A DNA stretch of 15,299 nucleotides from Candidatus Nanopusillus sp. (GCA_046536775.1 JAWDMD010000012.1:1-15299), one strand, 5' to 3'. Shown: positions 7,474 through 14,148, counted from the stretch's first letter. Translations and numbers: made by a program. The notes: generated from the sequence alone by a model not told the origin.

Positions 7474-7878
7474 TTATACAACAATACTTGCAATTTTTCC
7501 AATTTCTGGCCATCTTTCAACAACCTCTCTTGCTACAGGTCCCCTAATAATTGTACCTGCTGGTGTTCCAGTTTTTTCATCTTTTATGATTATACATGCA
7601 TTATCTTCAAACTTTATTCTTATACCATCCTTTCTTTTATATTCTTTTCTTTGTCTAATTATAACCGCTTTCATAACCTTTCCAACTAATGACAAGTCTC
7701 CATCCACTATAGATACAGAAACCAAGTCAGCAATTCCAGCTTTAGCATATCTTCTCTTTATACCTTTATGTCCAACTACAGCAATTACTTTTGCTAATTT
7801 TGCCTTTGAATTATCTGCAACCTTTAAAACCGTACCAACAGTAATTCCCCTAGTTACTTTTGCGCTAATTGGCTTCAT
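7474..7878 (-). CDS. rpl14: 50S ribosomal protein L14 (uL14)
   Basis: The 134 aa product contains LKVADNSKAKLAKVIAVVGHKG..RRYAKAGIADLVSVSI...AVIIRQRKEYKRKDG, which is typical uL14. Confidence 0.95.
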   Translation of the reverse strand: MKPISAKVTRGITVGTVLKVADNSKAKLAKVIAVVGHKGIKRRYAKAGIADLVSVSIVDGDLSLVGKVMKAVIIRQRKEYKRKDGIRIKFEDNACIIIKDEKTGTPAGTIIRGPVAREVVERWPEIGKIASIVV

Positions 7879-8210
7879 TTTTTGTTAATTATAACAAAGT
7901 TTATTGTTTTTGATATTGGCCTTGTTTCTCCAATAATAACTTCATCTCCCTCCTTTATATCTAAACATTTTGGAATATGAGCCTTAATTTTTGATCTTTT
8001 TATCATGTATCTTTCATATTTTGGAATGTAATAATATCTATAAAAGGTTATTAAAGCAATTCTCCTCCTGATTCTCTCAACTTTTCCTTCAAATAACAAT
8101 CCTCTAACTCTTATTTCTCCGTGCCATGGACATTTTTTATCATCACAGACTTTTTCGGGCGGATTTATACCCCCAATTCCAATATCCTTAACATGAGTCT
8201 TTTGTACCAT
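7875..8210 (-). CDS. rps17: 30S ribosomal protein S17 (uS17)
   Basis: The 111 aa product contains CDDKKCPWHGEIRVRGLLFEGKV...KYERYMIKRSKIKAHIPKCLDIKEGDEVIIGETRPISKT, the archaeal uS17 pattern. It overlaps L14 by ATGA. Confidence 0.9.
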   Translation of the reverse strand: MVQKTHVKDIGIGGINPPEKVCDDKKCPWHGEIRVRGLLFEGKVERIRRRIALITFYRYYYIPKYERYMIKRSKIKAHIPKCLDIKEGDEVIIGETRPISKTINFVIINKK

Positions 8211-8254
8211 TTTATGATTAAATTATAAATAGATTTAAAAATAATATTTCTAGA

Positions 8255-8308
8255 AAGATGATGATAATCAACAATCTGAATGGTGATGATTGATGGGCAA
8301 ACTGAAAA
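8255..8308 (+). ncRNA. C/D box sRNA (2'-O-methylation guide)
   Basis: All four boxes are present with archaeal spacing. The C box AUGAUGA is at 8258-8264, followed by an 11-nt guide UAAUCAACAAU. The D' box CUGA is at 8276-8279, followed by a 3-nt spacer. The C' box GUGAUGA is at 8283-8289, followed by a 12-nt guide UUGAUGGGCAAA. The D box CUGA is at 8302-8305. The element lies in the only sizeable non-coding gap of the window. The terminal stem is weak or absent. Confidence 0.65.
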
Positions 8309-8309
8309 T

Positions 8310-8576
8310 TTATAAAATTTTTAATAATAGTTTTAATCCTTCTTCAATATAATATTCGTTTATCTTATCAATAGTATCTGCATCTGAATGATAGAATTTT
8401 ATCCAATCATTATTAGATTCTAATATAAGTACAAATAACTCAAACCCTTTTCTTCCAATATATATAAAATCATATTTAGATCTAACTTCAAATATCTATA
8501 TAGATTTTATACGATATTTCTTCAAATCAAATACAAATCCATAAAAATTCGATATTCTCTTAAAGATTTTATAAAT
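8310..8576 (-). pseudogene. Possible gene remnant: startless open frame interrupted by an in-frame TAG
   Basis: My minus-strand translation gives IYKIFKRISNFYGFVFDLKKYRIKSI*IFEVRSKYDFIYIGRKGFELFVLILESNNDWIKFYHSDADTIDKINEYYIEEGLKLLLKIL*. The 61 codons downstream of the TAG (8496-8498) contain no ATG, GTG or TTG. The only candidate start is TTG at 8523-8525, which is 9 codons before the TAG. A stop-free run of 61 codons is unusual in this A+T-rich DNA. I recognise no family. Confidence 0.25.
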
Positions 8577-8581
8577 TTAGT

Positions 8582-8694
8582 TGGGCGGCTTCCGTGCTTT
8601 CCCAGTCATAGCCAGTACTCGCACGGACGTGGGCCGGCTTAACTTCCGTGTTCGAAATGGGTACGGGTGTTTCCCGGCCACTTTGACCGCCCTA
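8582..8694 (-). rRNA. 5S ribosomal RNA
   Basis: This is a sharp GC-rich island. The reverse complement reads GGGCGGUCAAAGUGGCCGGGAAACACCCGUACCCAUUUCGAACACGGAAGUUAAGCCGGCCCACGUCCGUGCGAGUACUGGCUAUGACUGGGAAAGCACGGAAGCCGCCC. It contains the universal 5S core CCCAUUUCGAACACGGAAGUUAAGCC and the AGUACUGG element. The terminal helix pairs GGGCGG with CCGCCC. Ends are approximate to within a few nt. Confidence 0.92.
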
Positions 8695-8719
8695 AGATTA
8701 TTTTTAAAATAAATGTTTT

Positions 8720-9037
8720 TTAAACCTTTCTTATCATAAACCTCTTCACCTTATTACAATATAGACATCTATATATAATTCTACCCTTTCTTATCCTTAT
8801 CTGTAAGGTTTTTCCAACAATCCATGGGGTATAACATTTTTTACAAAATTTATTCCTCAATTTCTTTGGTAATTTTATTCTTGTTTTATTTTTTATCTTC
8901 CATAATATAAATACATATCTTCTAGCTAAATCAATATCATCTATATTTTCTATAGCTAATTTATATAATTCAAAAATTCTCCTTTTTGCTATATTTTTAT
9001 AGGTTATATTGTACTTCCTTTTCTTCATTCTTATCAA
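8720..9037 (-). CDS. rnp4: RNase P protein component 4 (Rpp21/Rpr2 family)
   Basis: The 105 aa product has an N-terminal helical part (AKRRIFELYKLAIENI...ARRYVFILWKIKNKTRIKLPKKLRNKFCKKCYTPW) and a zinc ribbon CKKC...CLYC, matching the Rpr2/Rpp21 architecture. The start may instead be M4 at 9028. Confidence 0.8.
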   Translation of the reverse strand: MIRMKKRKYNITYKNIAKRRIFELYKLAIENIDDIDLARRYVFILWKIKNKTRIKLPKKLRNKFCKKCYTPWIVGKTLQIRIRKGRIIYRCLYCNKVKRFMIRKV

Positions 9038-9347
9038 GATTCTTCACATAAAATATAATATTATCTCCCAAATGATGATTTATCTTTGGTATAAAAACCT
9101 CAACAATCTCCTTTCTATATTTATCTATAGATATAACTACTGGAGAAATTAAATTATAATGCACTCTAAACTTTAATGCTTCATATTGATCTTCTATATT
9201 TATATATTTAGTTCCTACTTCAAATTTTCTAAAATAAGGAGAATGATTTTTAATTATAATTAAAACCTTTTTTTCATAAATTATATTATCTACATCAAAA
9301 GACGTTTTTATTTCCACACTCCATACATCCTTTAATTCTTCACTCAT
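8997..9347 (-). CDS. Hypothetical protein (116 aa)
   Basis: This ORF overlaps pth2 upstream by 4 nt and rnp4 downstream by 32-41 nt. Its sequence looks beta-rich and I recognise no motif. Confidence 0.55.
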   Translation of the reverse strand: MSEELKDVWSVEIKTSFDVDNIIYEKKVLIIIKNHSPYFRKFEVGTKYINIEDQYEALKFRVHYNLISPVVISIDKYRKEIVEVFIPKINHHLGDNIIFYVKNLDKNEEKEVQYNL

Positions 9348-9697
9348 AATAATTTTAATGAACCAGTTACTTTATTAATCTTTTCTTCAATATCTGGGCC
9401 GATACCTATACAAGTAATAGTTTCAGGATCTAATTGCGTTAATCCTGCATCTTTTATTAAAACAGTATTTAAATCTAATGATATAGACTGATTATATATG
9501 CTCATTAATTCAGCTAAATTTCTTACATATACAACAACTTTCTTTGCACCCTCTTCTCTCCATTTTTCTACAATATCTTTATCCTTTTCTAACTGGTCTA
9601 AAACAGCCTCAACAGCAGCATGAGCTATTTGAGTACATAATTTCCCCTTTCCAATATCCAAATCCTTTCTAGCTACAATTACTAATTTATATACCAT
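9344..9697 (-). CDS. pth2: Peptidyl-tRNA hydrolase, archaeal type (Pth2)
   Basis: The 117 aa product contains KLVIVARKDLDIGKGKLCTQIAHAAVEAV...KVVVYV...LIKDAGLTQLDPETITCIGIGP, the canonical Pth2 sequence pattern. Confidence 0.9.
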   Translation of the reverse strand: MVYKLVIVARKDLDIGKGKLCTQIAHAAVEAVLDQLEKDKDIVEKWREEGAKKVVVYVRNLAELMSIYNQSISLDLNTVLIKDAGLTQLDPETITCIGIGPDIEEKINKVTGSLKLL

Positions 9698-10049
9698 CCA
9701 ATTCTTTTAATTTTTCCAATAACAATTTATATCTATAATTATCTATCTTCTCACTAATATATTCCTCATTTAATCTCTTGCTTATTTCTGTTATCTTTTT
9801 ATTTATATCATCTAATAAATTATATATGTTTTTTATATCGTTTGAAATACCATTATATTTATCTTCTAACAAATTTAATCTATCTTCTATTTTTTTATTT
9901 TCTGCCTTGTTATTTTCAATTTCAGATTTTAATTTATCTATATCATCTTTTATACTATCCAAATATTTTTTAAAACCTAATAAAACTTCATTATATTTTT
10001 CAAATTCCAGTAAATTGTTAATTATCTTATCATAATTTACATCATCCAT
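9687..10049 (-). CDS. Hypothetical coiled-coil protein (120 aa)
   Basis: Heptad-like K/E/D/I/L-rich sequence runs throughout (DSIKDDIDKLKSEIENNKAENKKIEDRLNLLEDKYNGISNDIKNIYNLLDDINKKITEISKRLNEE). It is the first gene of the pth2-rnp4 array and overlaps pth2 by 11 nt. Low-complexity composition lowers my confidence in any function. Confidence 0.5.
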   Translation of the reverse strand: MDDVNYDKIINNLLEFEKYNEVLLGFKKYLDSIKDDIDKLKSEIENNKAENKKIEDRLNLLEDKYNGISNDIKNIYNLLDDINKKITEISKRLNEEYISEKIDNYRYKLLLEKLKELDGI

Positions 10050-10072
10050 ATAACATTAATATTTTTTAAGTA

Positions 10073-10606
10073 TTGATAAAAATTATGATAATTAAGCTTC
10101 ATCAGGCATTATCATCATTTATAACATATCTTATATTTTTCTACATATTTGGCTTTGACAAAATATCTTCAATAATTATATCAATAATAGTTGGACTTAT
10201 TTGTATAATACCAGATTATGATTATAAAATCTATAACTGGGCAAATAAACAATATGAAAATATAAAAAAATCAAAAATTCTAAAATATTTATTATATCCA
10301 TATTATTTATTTATTTTATTTTTATTGAAATTATTTAAACATAGAGGATTTACACATTCTATATTCCCAATAATAATATTTTTCCTTCTAGGATTCTTTA
10401 TAATAAAAATATTTTATTTATTTTCTTTAGCATTTTCATTGCATATTATCGAAGATTCACTGACAGTATCTGGAATTACTCCATTATATCCATTATCAAA
10501 CTACAAATTTGTTATACCAATTTTAAATAATAGAAAAAATAGAAAATTACAAGAATATCTATCTTATATAACTTATATTATATTTTTTGCAATAATTCTT
10601 TTATGA
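10073..10606 (+). CDS. Membrane-bound metal-dependent hydrolase, YdjM/DUF457 family
   Basis: The product has multiple hydrophobic segments plus the family signatures KHRGFTHS and HIIEDSLTVSGITPLYPLS. The track start is TTG at 10073. The ATG at 10085 (MIIKLHQ...) is at least as likely. Confidence 0.7.
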   Translation: MIKIMIIKLHQALSSFITYLIFFYIFGFDKISSIIISIIVGLICIIPDYDYKIYNWANKQYENIKKSKILKYLLYPYYLFILFLLKLFKHRGFTHSIFPIIIFFLLGFFIIKIFYLFSLAFSLHIIEDSLTVSGITPLYPLSNYKFVIPILNNRKNRKLQEYLSYITYIIFFAIILL

Positions 10607-11133
10607 GGATATTTATAGCAATAGATTTACCAGAAAGGGTAAAGGATGAAATAGAAAAAATTAGAAAGGGTTTGAGGGGTATATACGGAAAACCTGTTGA
10701 AAAAGAAAATTTTCATATAACATTAAAATTTATTGGAGATGTACAACCAAATATATTTGAAAAAATAAAAGAAGAATTAAATAATATAAAGTATAATAAA
10801 TTTAGTATAAAAATCGGTAATATTGGAACATTTGGAGATAGAGTGGTTTGGGTAGGTGTATATGAAGGATATGAAGATATAATTAATTTACATAATTTAA
10901 TAGATGAACAATTATATAAAATAAAAATTGATAGAGATTATAATTTTTCTTCGCATATTACACTATATAGAATAAAAGAAATAATAAATAAAAAAGAATT
11001 TAGAGAGTCAATTGAAAAATTATCTAAATATGTATCTAATGATATTTTAATAGATAGGTTTTATATAAAGCAAAGTATACTAAGACCCGAAGGTCCCTTA
11101 TATATAAATATGGCAGAATACAAATTATTATAA
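10603..11133 (+). CDS. thpR: 2H phosphoesterase (RNA 2',3'-cyclic phosphodiesterase / 2'-5' RNA ligase, LigT/ThpR family)
   Basis: The 176 aa product starts MRIFIAIDLP and has two HxTx motifs, FHITLKFIGD and SHITLYRIK, at the expected spacing. It overlaps the DUF457 gene by ATGA. Confidence 0.8.
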   Translation: MRIFIAIDLPERVKDEIEKIRKGLRGIYGKPVEKENFHITLKFIGDVQPNIFEKIKEELNNIKYNKFSIKIGNIGTFGDRVVWVGVYEGYEDIINLHNLIDEQLYKIKIDRDYNFSSHITLYRIKEIINKKEFRESIEKLSKYVSNDILIDRFYIKQSILRPEGPLYINMAEYKLL

Positions 11134-11158
11134 ATATTATTGATAATTTATTTGTATA

Positions 11159-11356
11159 ATGGCTTCAAACCTATTACCAGAGATTAAAGCAAGAAAATTT
11201 GATAAGATATTTATATGCAGAAAATGCGGAGCTAGGATAAGAGCAAATCCTGATAAAGTAAGAGCAGGTCTTGTTAGATGCAGAAAATGTAAATCAACAG
11301 CATTAAGACCAAAGAAATCAGAGATTACATTGGTAGTTGGAAAAACAACTAAGTAG
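11159..11356 (+). CDS. rpl40e: 50S ribosomal protein L40e (eL40)
   Basis: The 65 aa product has the zinc ribbon ICRKCGARIRAN...RCRKCKSTALRPKK, as in archaeal eL40. It carries about 12 extra C-terminal residues. Confidence 0.8.
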   Translation: MASNLLPEIKARKFDKIFICRKCGARIRANPDKVRAGLVRCRKCKSTALRPKKSEITLVVGKTTK

Positions 11357-12460
11357 ATGAGTTATAATCTATATATATCCAACAATAGTATTTTTGTTAT
11401 ATTAATAATTTTTTTAATTATTAATGTAATATTTATATTTTTAAAAATTTTTAAAAGAGAAAATACCGATTATAAATTTATTTATGGAATGTTTAGGACA
11501 AAAAGACTAGTAGAAATAATGAAAAAGATTTCTAATTCAAAATTTTCAAAATTTTTATCCATATCATCGTTAATTTTAGGCCCCATACTAATATCAATAG
11601 CGGTTTTCTTCTTATTTTTTGGAATTTTAACAAAAACCCCAACATATGCTCCAGCATTACCAGGTATATCATATGGTCCTATAACATTACCTGTAGCACA
11701 AACAATACTCTCGATCTTTATAGCAGCATTTATACATGAGTTTTCGCATGGTATTTTAGTATATAAAAATAATTTAGATTTAAAATCCTGGGGATTTTTT
11801 TATTTAGGACCTTTAATAGGTGCTTTTGTTGAACCAGATGATAAAGAAATAGAGAAATTGAATAAAAAAGAACAAATAAAAATATATAGCGCAGGTGCTG
11901 CTATAAATATAATTGCCGGACTAGTCTTTTTATTTTTATTTTTATTTTCTTTATATATAGTTTCTATATTTAACCTGGCAACACCATATGTAAAAATATT
12001 ATATACACTACCAAATACATATGCATATAATGTTGTCCCAAATAATACAATTTTATATTCTATCAACGGAAATCAAATATTATACCTAAATCAAATTGAA
12101 ACGGCTTTAAATAATACGGAACCTGGAGAATATGTTTTATTAAATACAAGTGCAGGATTATTTAATGTTGAATTAACTAATAAAGATAATAAACCATTTA
12201 TAGGGATTGTAACCGAACAAGAATATAATTATAAAGTTCCTGGAATTGATTTTTTTGAATCATTATTATTCTGGTTATTTGTAATAAATGTCGGACTTGG
12301 TATTGGTAATATGATACCGATATATCCATTAGATGGAGGAAAAACTATGGAATCTATACTAGAAATATTTTTGGATAAAAAAGAATCAAAAATGATTAAT
12401 ATGTCTCTATCTATAATATTATTGGCCCTAATATTATATAATATATCTTTTATTCTCTAG
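11357..12460 (+). CDS. Site-2 protease family zinc metalloprotease (peptidase M50) with a PDZ-like insert
   Basis: The 367 aa product has several TM segments, the HExxH motif in a TM helix (FIHEFSHGIL), and the second signature NVGLGIGNMIPIYPLDGG. A soluble PDZ-like stretch lies between them. The ATG directly abuts the eL40 stop (TAGATG). Confidence 0.85.
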   Translation: MSYNLYISNNSIFVILIIFLIINVIFIFLKIFKRENTDYKFIYGMFRTKRLVEIMKKISNSKFSKFLSISSLILGPILISIAVFFLFFGILTKTPTYAPALPGISYGPITLPVAQTILSIFIAAFIHEFSHGILVYKNNLDLKSWGFFYLGPLIGAFVEPDDKEIEKLNKKEQIKIYSAGAAINIIAGLVFLFLFLFSLYIVSIFNLATPYVKILYTLPNTYAYNVVPNNTILYSINGNQILYLNQIETALNNTEPGEYVLLNTSAGLFNVELTNKDNKPFIGIVTEQEYNYKVPGIDFFESLLFWLFVINVGLGIGNMIPIYPLDGGKTMESILEIFLDKKESKMINMSLSIILLALILYNISFIL

Positions 12461-13022
12461 AAGCTTTTCTCATAAATATTTTATCAGTTAATAAACTATA
12501 TATATCGCCTACATAATCTACTTTTCTCCTTATATCATAATTTTTAAATTCCATATATAACATGTTTTGATATATTTCATATATACTTTCCCTAGCTCTC
12601 TCTGCAAATTCTATATTATTCTTTAGCATTTCTTCTATAGATTTTCTATATAATTCTCCAACAAAATCCATTAATCCCATAACATATGAATACTCATCAA
12701 CATTTAATTCATTATTTTTTGGTATTCTATTATTTAATATAAAATTATAGAATATTTTTGCTTCTGCATATTCTTGATAATTTATCAGAGCATTATTATA
12801 CAATCTAGGTTCTTCTCTTACAATTTTATCCATTTCTTCCTTATATTTATCCATCTCAATCATATATTCATTTGCAGATTTTATATCACCTCTTATTACT
12901 GAATATATTATTGATTTTGATGTTCTATTTAATTTTACTCCCACTTCAATTACTTTATCTTTTTTATTTTCAAATTCCCTAAATTTTTCTTTTAAACTTT
13001 CTATATATTCCTTTTCTATCAT
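12450..13022 (-). CDS. Translin/TRAX-like protein (archaeal C3PO-type RNA-binding nuclease family)
   Basis: The 190 aa product is all-helical. It contains an ExxE pair in QEYAEAKIFY and the block YVMGLMDFVGELYRKSIE, which correspond to the translin/TRAX conserved blocks. Confidence 0.72.
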   Translation of the reverse strand: MIEKEYIESLKEKFREFENKKDKVIEVGVKLNRTSKSIIYSVIRGDIKSANEYMIEMDKYKEEMDKIVREEPRLYNNALINYQEYAEAKIFYNFILNNRIPKNNELNVDEYSYVMGLMDFVGELYRKSIEEMLKNNIEFAERARESIYEIYQNMLYMEFKNYDIRRKVDYVGDIYSLLTDKIFMRKASRE

Positions 13023-13026
13023 TCTT

Positions 13027-14148
13027 CTATTTTGAGAATAAATGTTTTATATACATTGTAGCAAAAGAACCTTTATCCAAGATAAAAGAAATTATCATAA
13101 AATTATCCTTTATATTGTACTCTAGATTTTTTATTTCTGATAAAATATTTCTTTCTGTTGATAATAATGTTAAAGAAGGCTTATCTTCAGATTTTAATTC
13201 TTCATAATTTATTCCCTCTTCACTTAATATTTCCTTATATATGTTCTTGTCTTTTATATCATATCCAAGTAATGGGAATTTTATATCCTTTAATTCTTCA
13301 ATTTCTTTTTTATCCTTAATTATATAAAATTTCCCAATTTTCGTTTCTATAAAATATTTTTCTCCATAACTATTTTTTATATAATTTGATAATAGTTTGT
13401 TCCATAAATATGATTGATATGAATGAGCAAACATCTTTAGCAATCTCTTTGGTATATATTTCAATGCTCTTTTATAATTTTCTTCTTTTGATAAATAATT
13501 TAATAATGATGTTTCAATATCTAAATAATTTGGAAATATTCTTAATGCATCTTTAAATTTACCCCAATTTTCATATAAAAATTTTCTTGCCTTTATTGAA
13601 TCTTCACTTTCTTCGTTTTCATAATCTGTTAAAAATATTTTTATTGCATTTTCATAATCTCTTTTAATTATATATTTCCCAATTATATAATTATTTCCCC
13701 TATTTCCAAATCTTTGATCATCAAAATAGTTAAAATAATATCTATTAAATATCTCTATATTTTTATTGAATATATTAATTTCTTCATTACTTAATTCTCT
13801 TATAGTTATTCTAAAATAGTTATATTTTATATCAGAAATCCTCAATGGTTCATCATATGATCCCACATATTTTAAATATACATTTCCAAAATTATATTCA
13901 TCTTTAAACTCATTAAAATTTCTTATTGCAATGTACTGTTCTGATAATGTATTTTTATCCTTTTCTCCTGCAAAATATATTTTTCTTTTTGAAATATGCA
14001 ACTTCCTTGCAATTATTTTAATTGCATTTATTGTATTTATATTTCTTTTCCTCATTAAAAAATATCTAAATGTTTCCCCCTCTTTCTTTTTATTTAAATC
14101 AATTATTTCTTTAACAATAAAATCTTCAGGTACTGATTTTATTTTCAT
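13027..14148 (-). CDS. truD: tRNA pseudouridine synthase TruD/Pus7 (Psi13)
   Basis: The 373 aa product has the N-terminus SVPEDFIVKEI, the catalytic-Asp block IYFAGEKDKNTLSEQYIAI (GxKD) and the FDDQRFG motif. All are TruD hallmarks. Confidence 0.85.
   Translation of the reverse strand: MKIKSVPEDFIVKEIIDLNKKKEGETFRYFLMRKRNINTINAIKIIARKLHISKRKIYFAGEKDKNTLSEQYIAIRNFNEFKDEYNFGNVYLKYVGSYDEPLRISDIKYNYFRITIRELSNEEINIFNKNIEIFNRYYFNYFDDQRFGNRGNNYIIGKYIIKRDYENAIKIFLTDYENEESEDSIKARKFLYENWGKFKDALRIFPNYLDIETSLLNYLSKEENYKRALKYIPKRLLKMFAHSYQSYLWNKLLSNYIKNSYGEKYFIETKIGKFYIIKDKKEIEELKDIKFPLLGYDIKDKNIYKEILSEEGINYEELKSEDKPSLTLLSTERNILSEIKNLEYNIKDNFMIISFILDKGSFATMYIKHLFSK

Noticed and set aside
7473-7523. A longer uL24 start at 7523 (the 191-aa version in the ORF track)
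   Set aside because: It would overlap the uL14 3' end by 50 nt and add 17 non-conserved residues. The ATG at 7470-7472, 1 nt after the uL14 stop, fits the coupling pattern seen at the other junctions.
7424-7888. A 154-aa plus-strand ORF with a hydrophobic, membrane-like sequence
   Set aside because: It lies entirely antisense to the very well supported uL14 gene and part of uL24. It is a shadow ORF created by the codon bias of the real gene, and it has no independent start context or motif.
8211-8580. A tRNA gene, tRNA half, or second C/D or H/ACA RNA in the large intergenic gap
   Set aside because: Outside the 5S rRNA there is no GC-rich segment capable of forming tRNA-like stems. Beyond the sRNA at 8255-8308 there is no second C-box and D-box pair on either strand.
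8258-8694. The C/D sRNA guiding methylation of the adjacent 5S rRNA
   Set aside because: Neither guide complement (UUUGCCCAUCAA or AUUGUUGAUUA) occurs in the 5S sequence. The best partial match is only GCCCA.
8997-9347. The 116-aa unknown as an RNase P subunit (Pop5 or Rpp29), Pcc1 or an Rpo8-like protein
   Set aside because: I could not see the diagnostic sequence patterns of Pop5, Rpp29 or Pcc1. A vague C-terminal resemblance to Rpo8 rests only on my imperfect memory of that sequence, so it is too weak to call without a profile search.
9778-10035. An 85-aa plus-strand ORF antisense to the coiled-coil gene
   Set aside because: It is an S/F/L/I-rich mirror of a K/E/D/N-rich coiled-coil gene. 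The minus-strand frame fits the operon (an 11-nt overlap with pth2), so I kept that one.
9687-10049. The coiled-coil protein as a prefoldin subunit
   Set aside because: The size and coiled-coil content fit, but I could not find the central beta-hairpin segment that separates the two prefoldin helices. I left it as hypothetical.
11800-12066. An 88-aa minus-strand ORF inside the M50 protease gene
   Set aside because: It is antisense to a TM-rich part of a protease whose HExxH and LDGG motifs are intact, so it is a shadow ORF.
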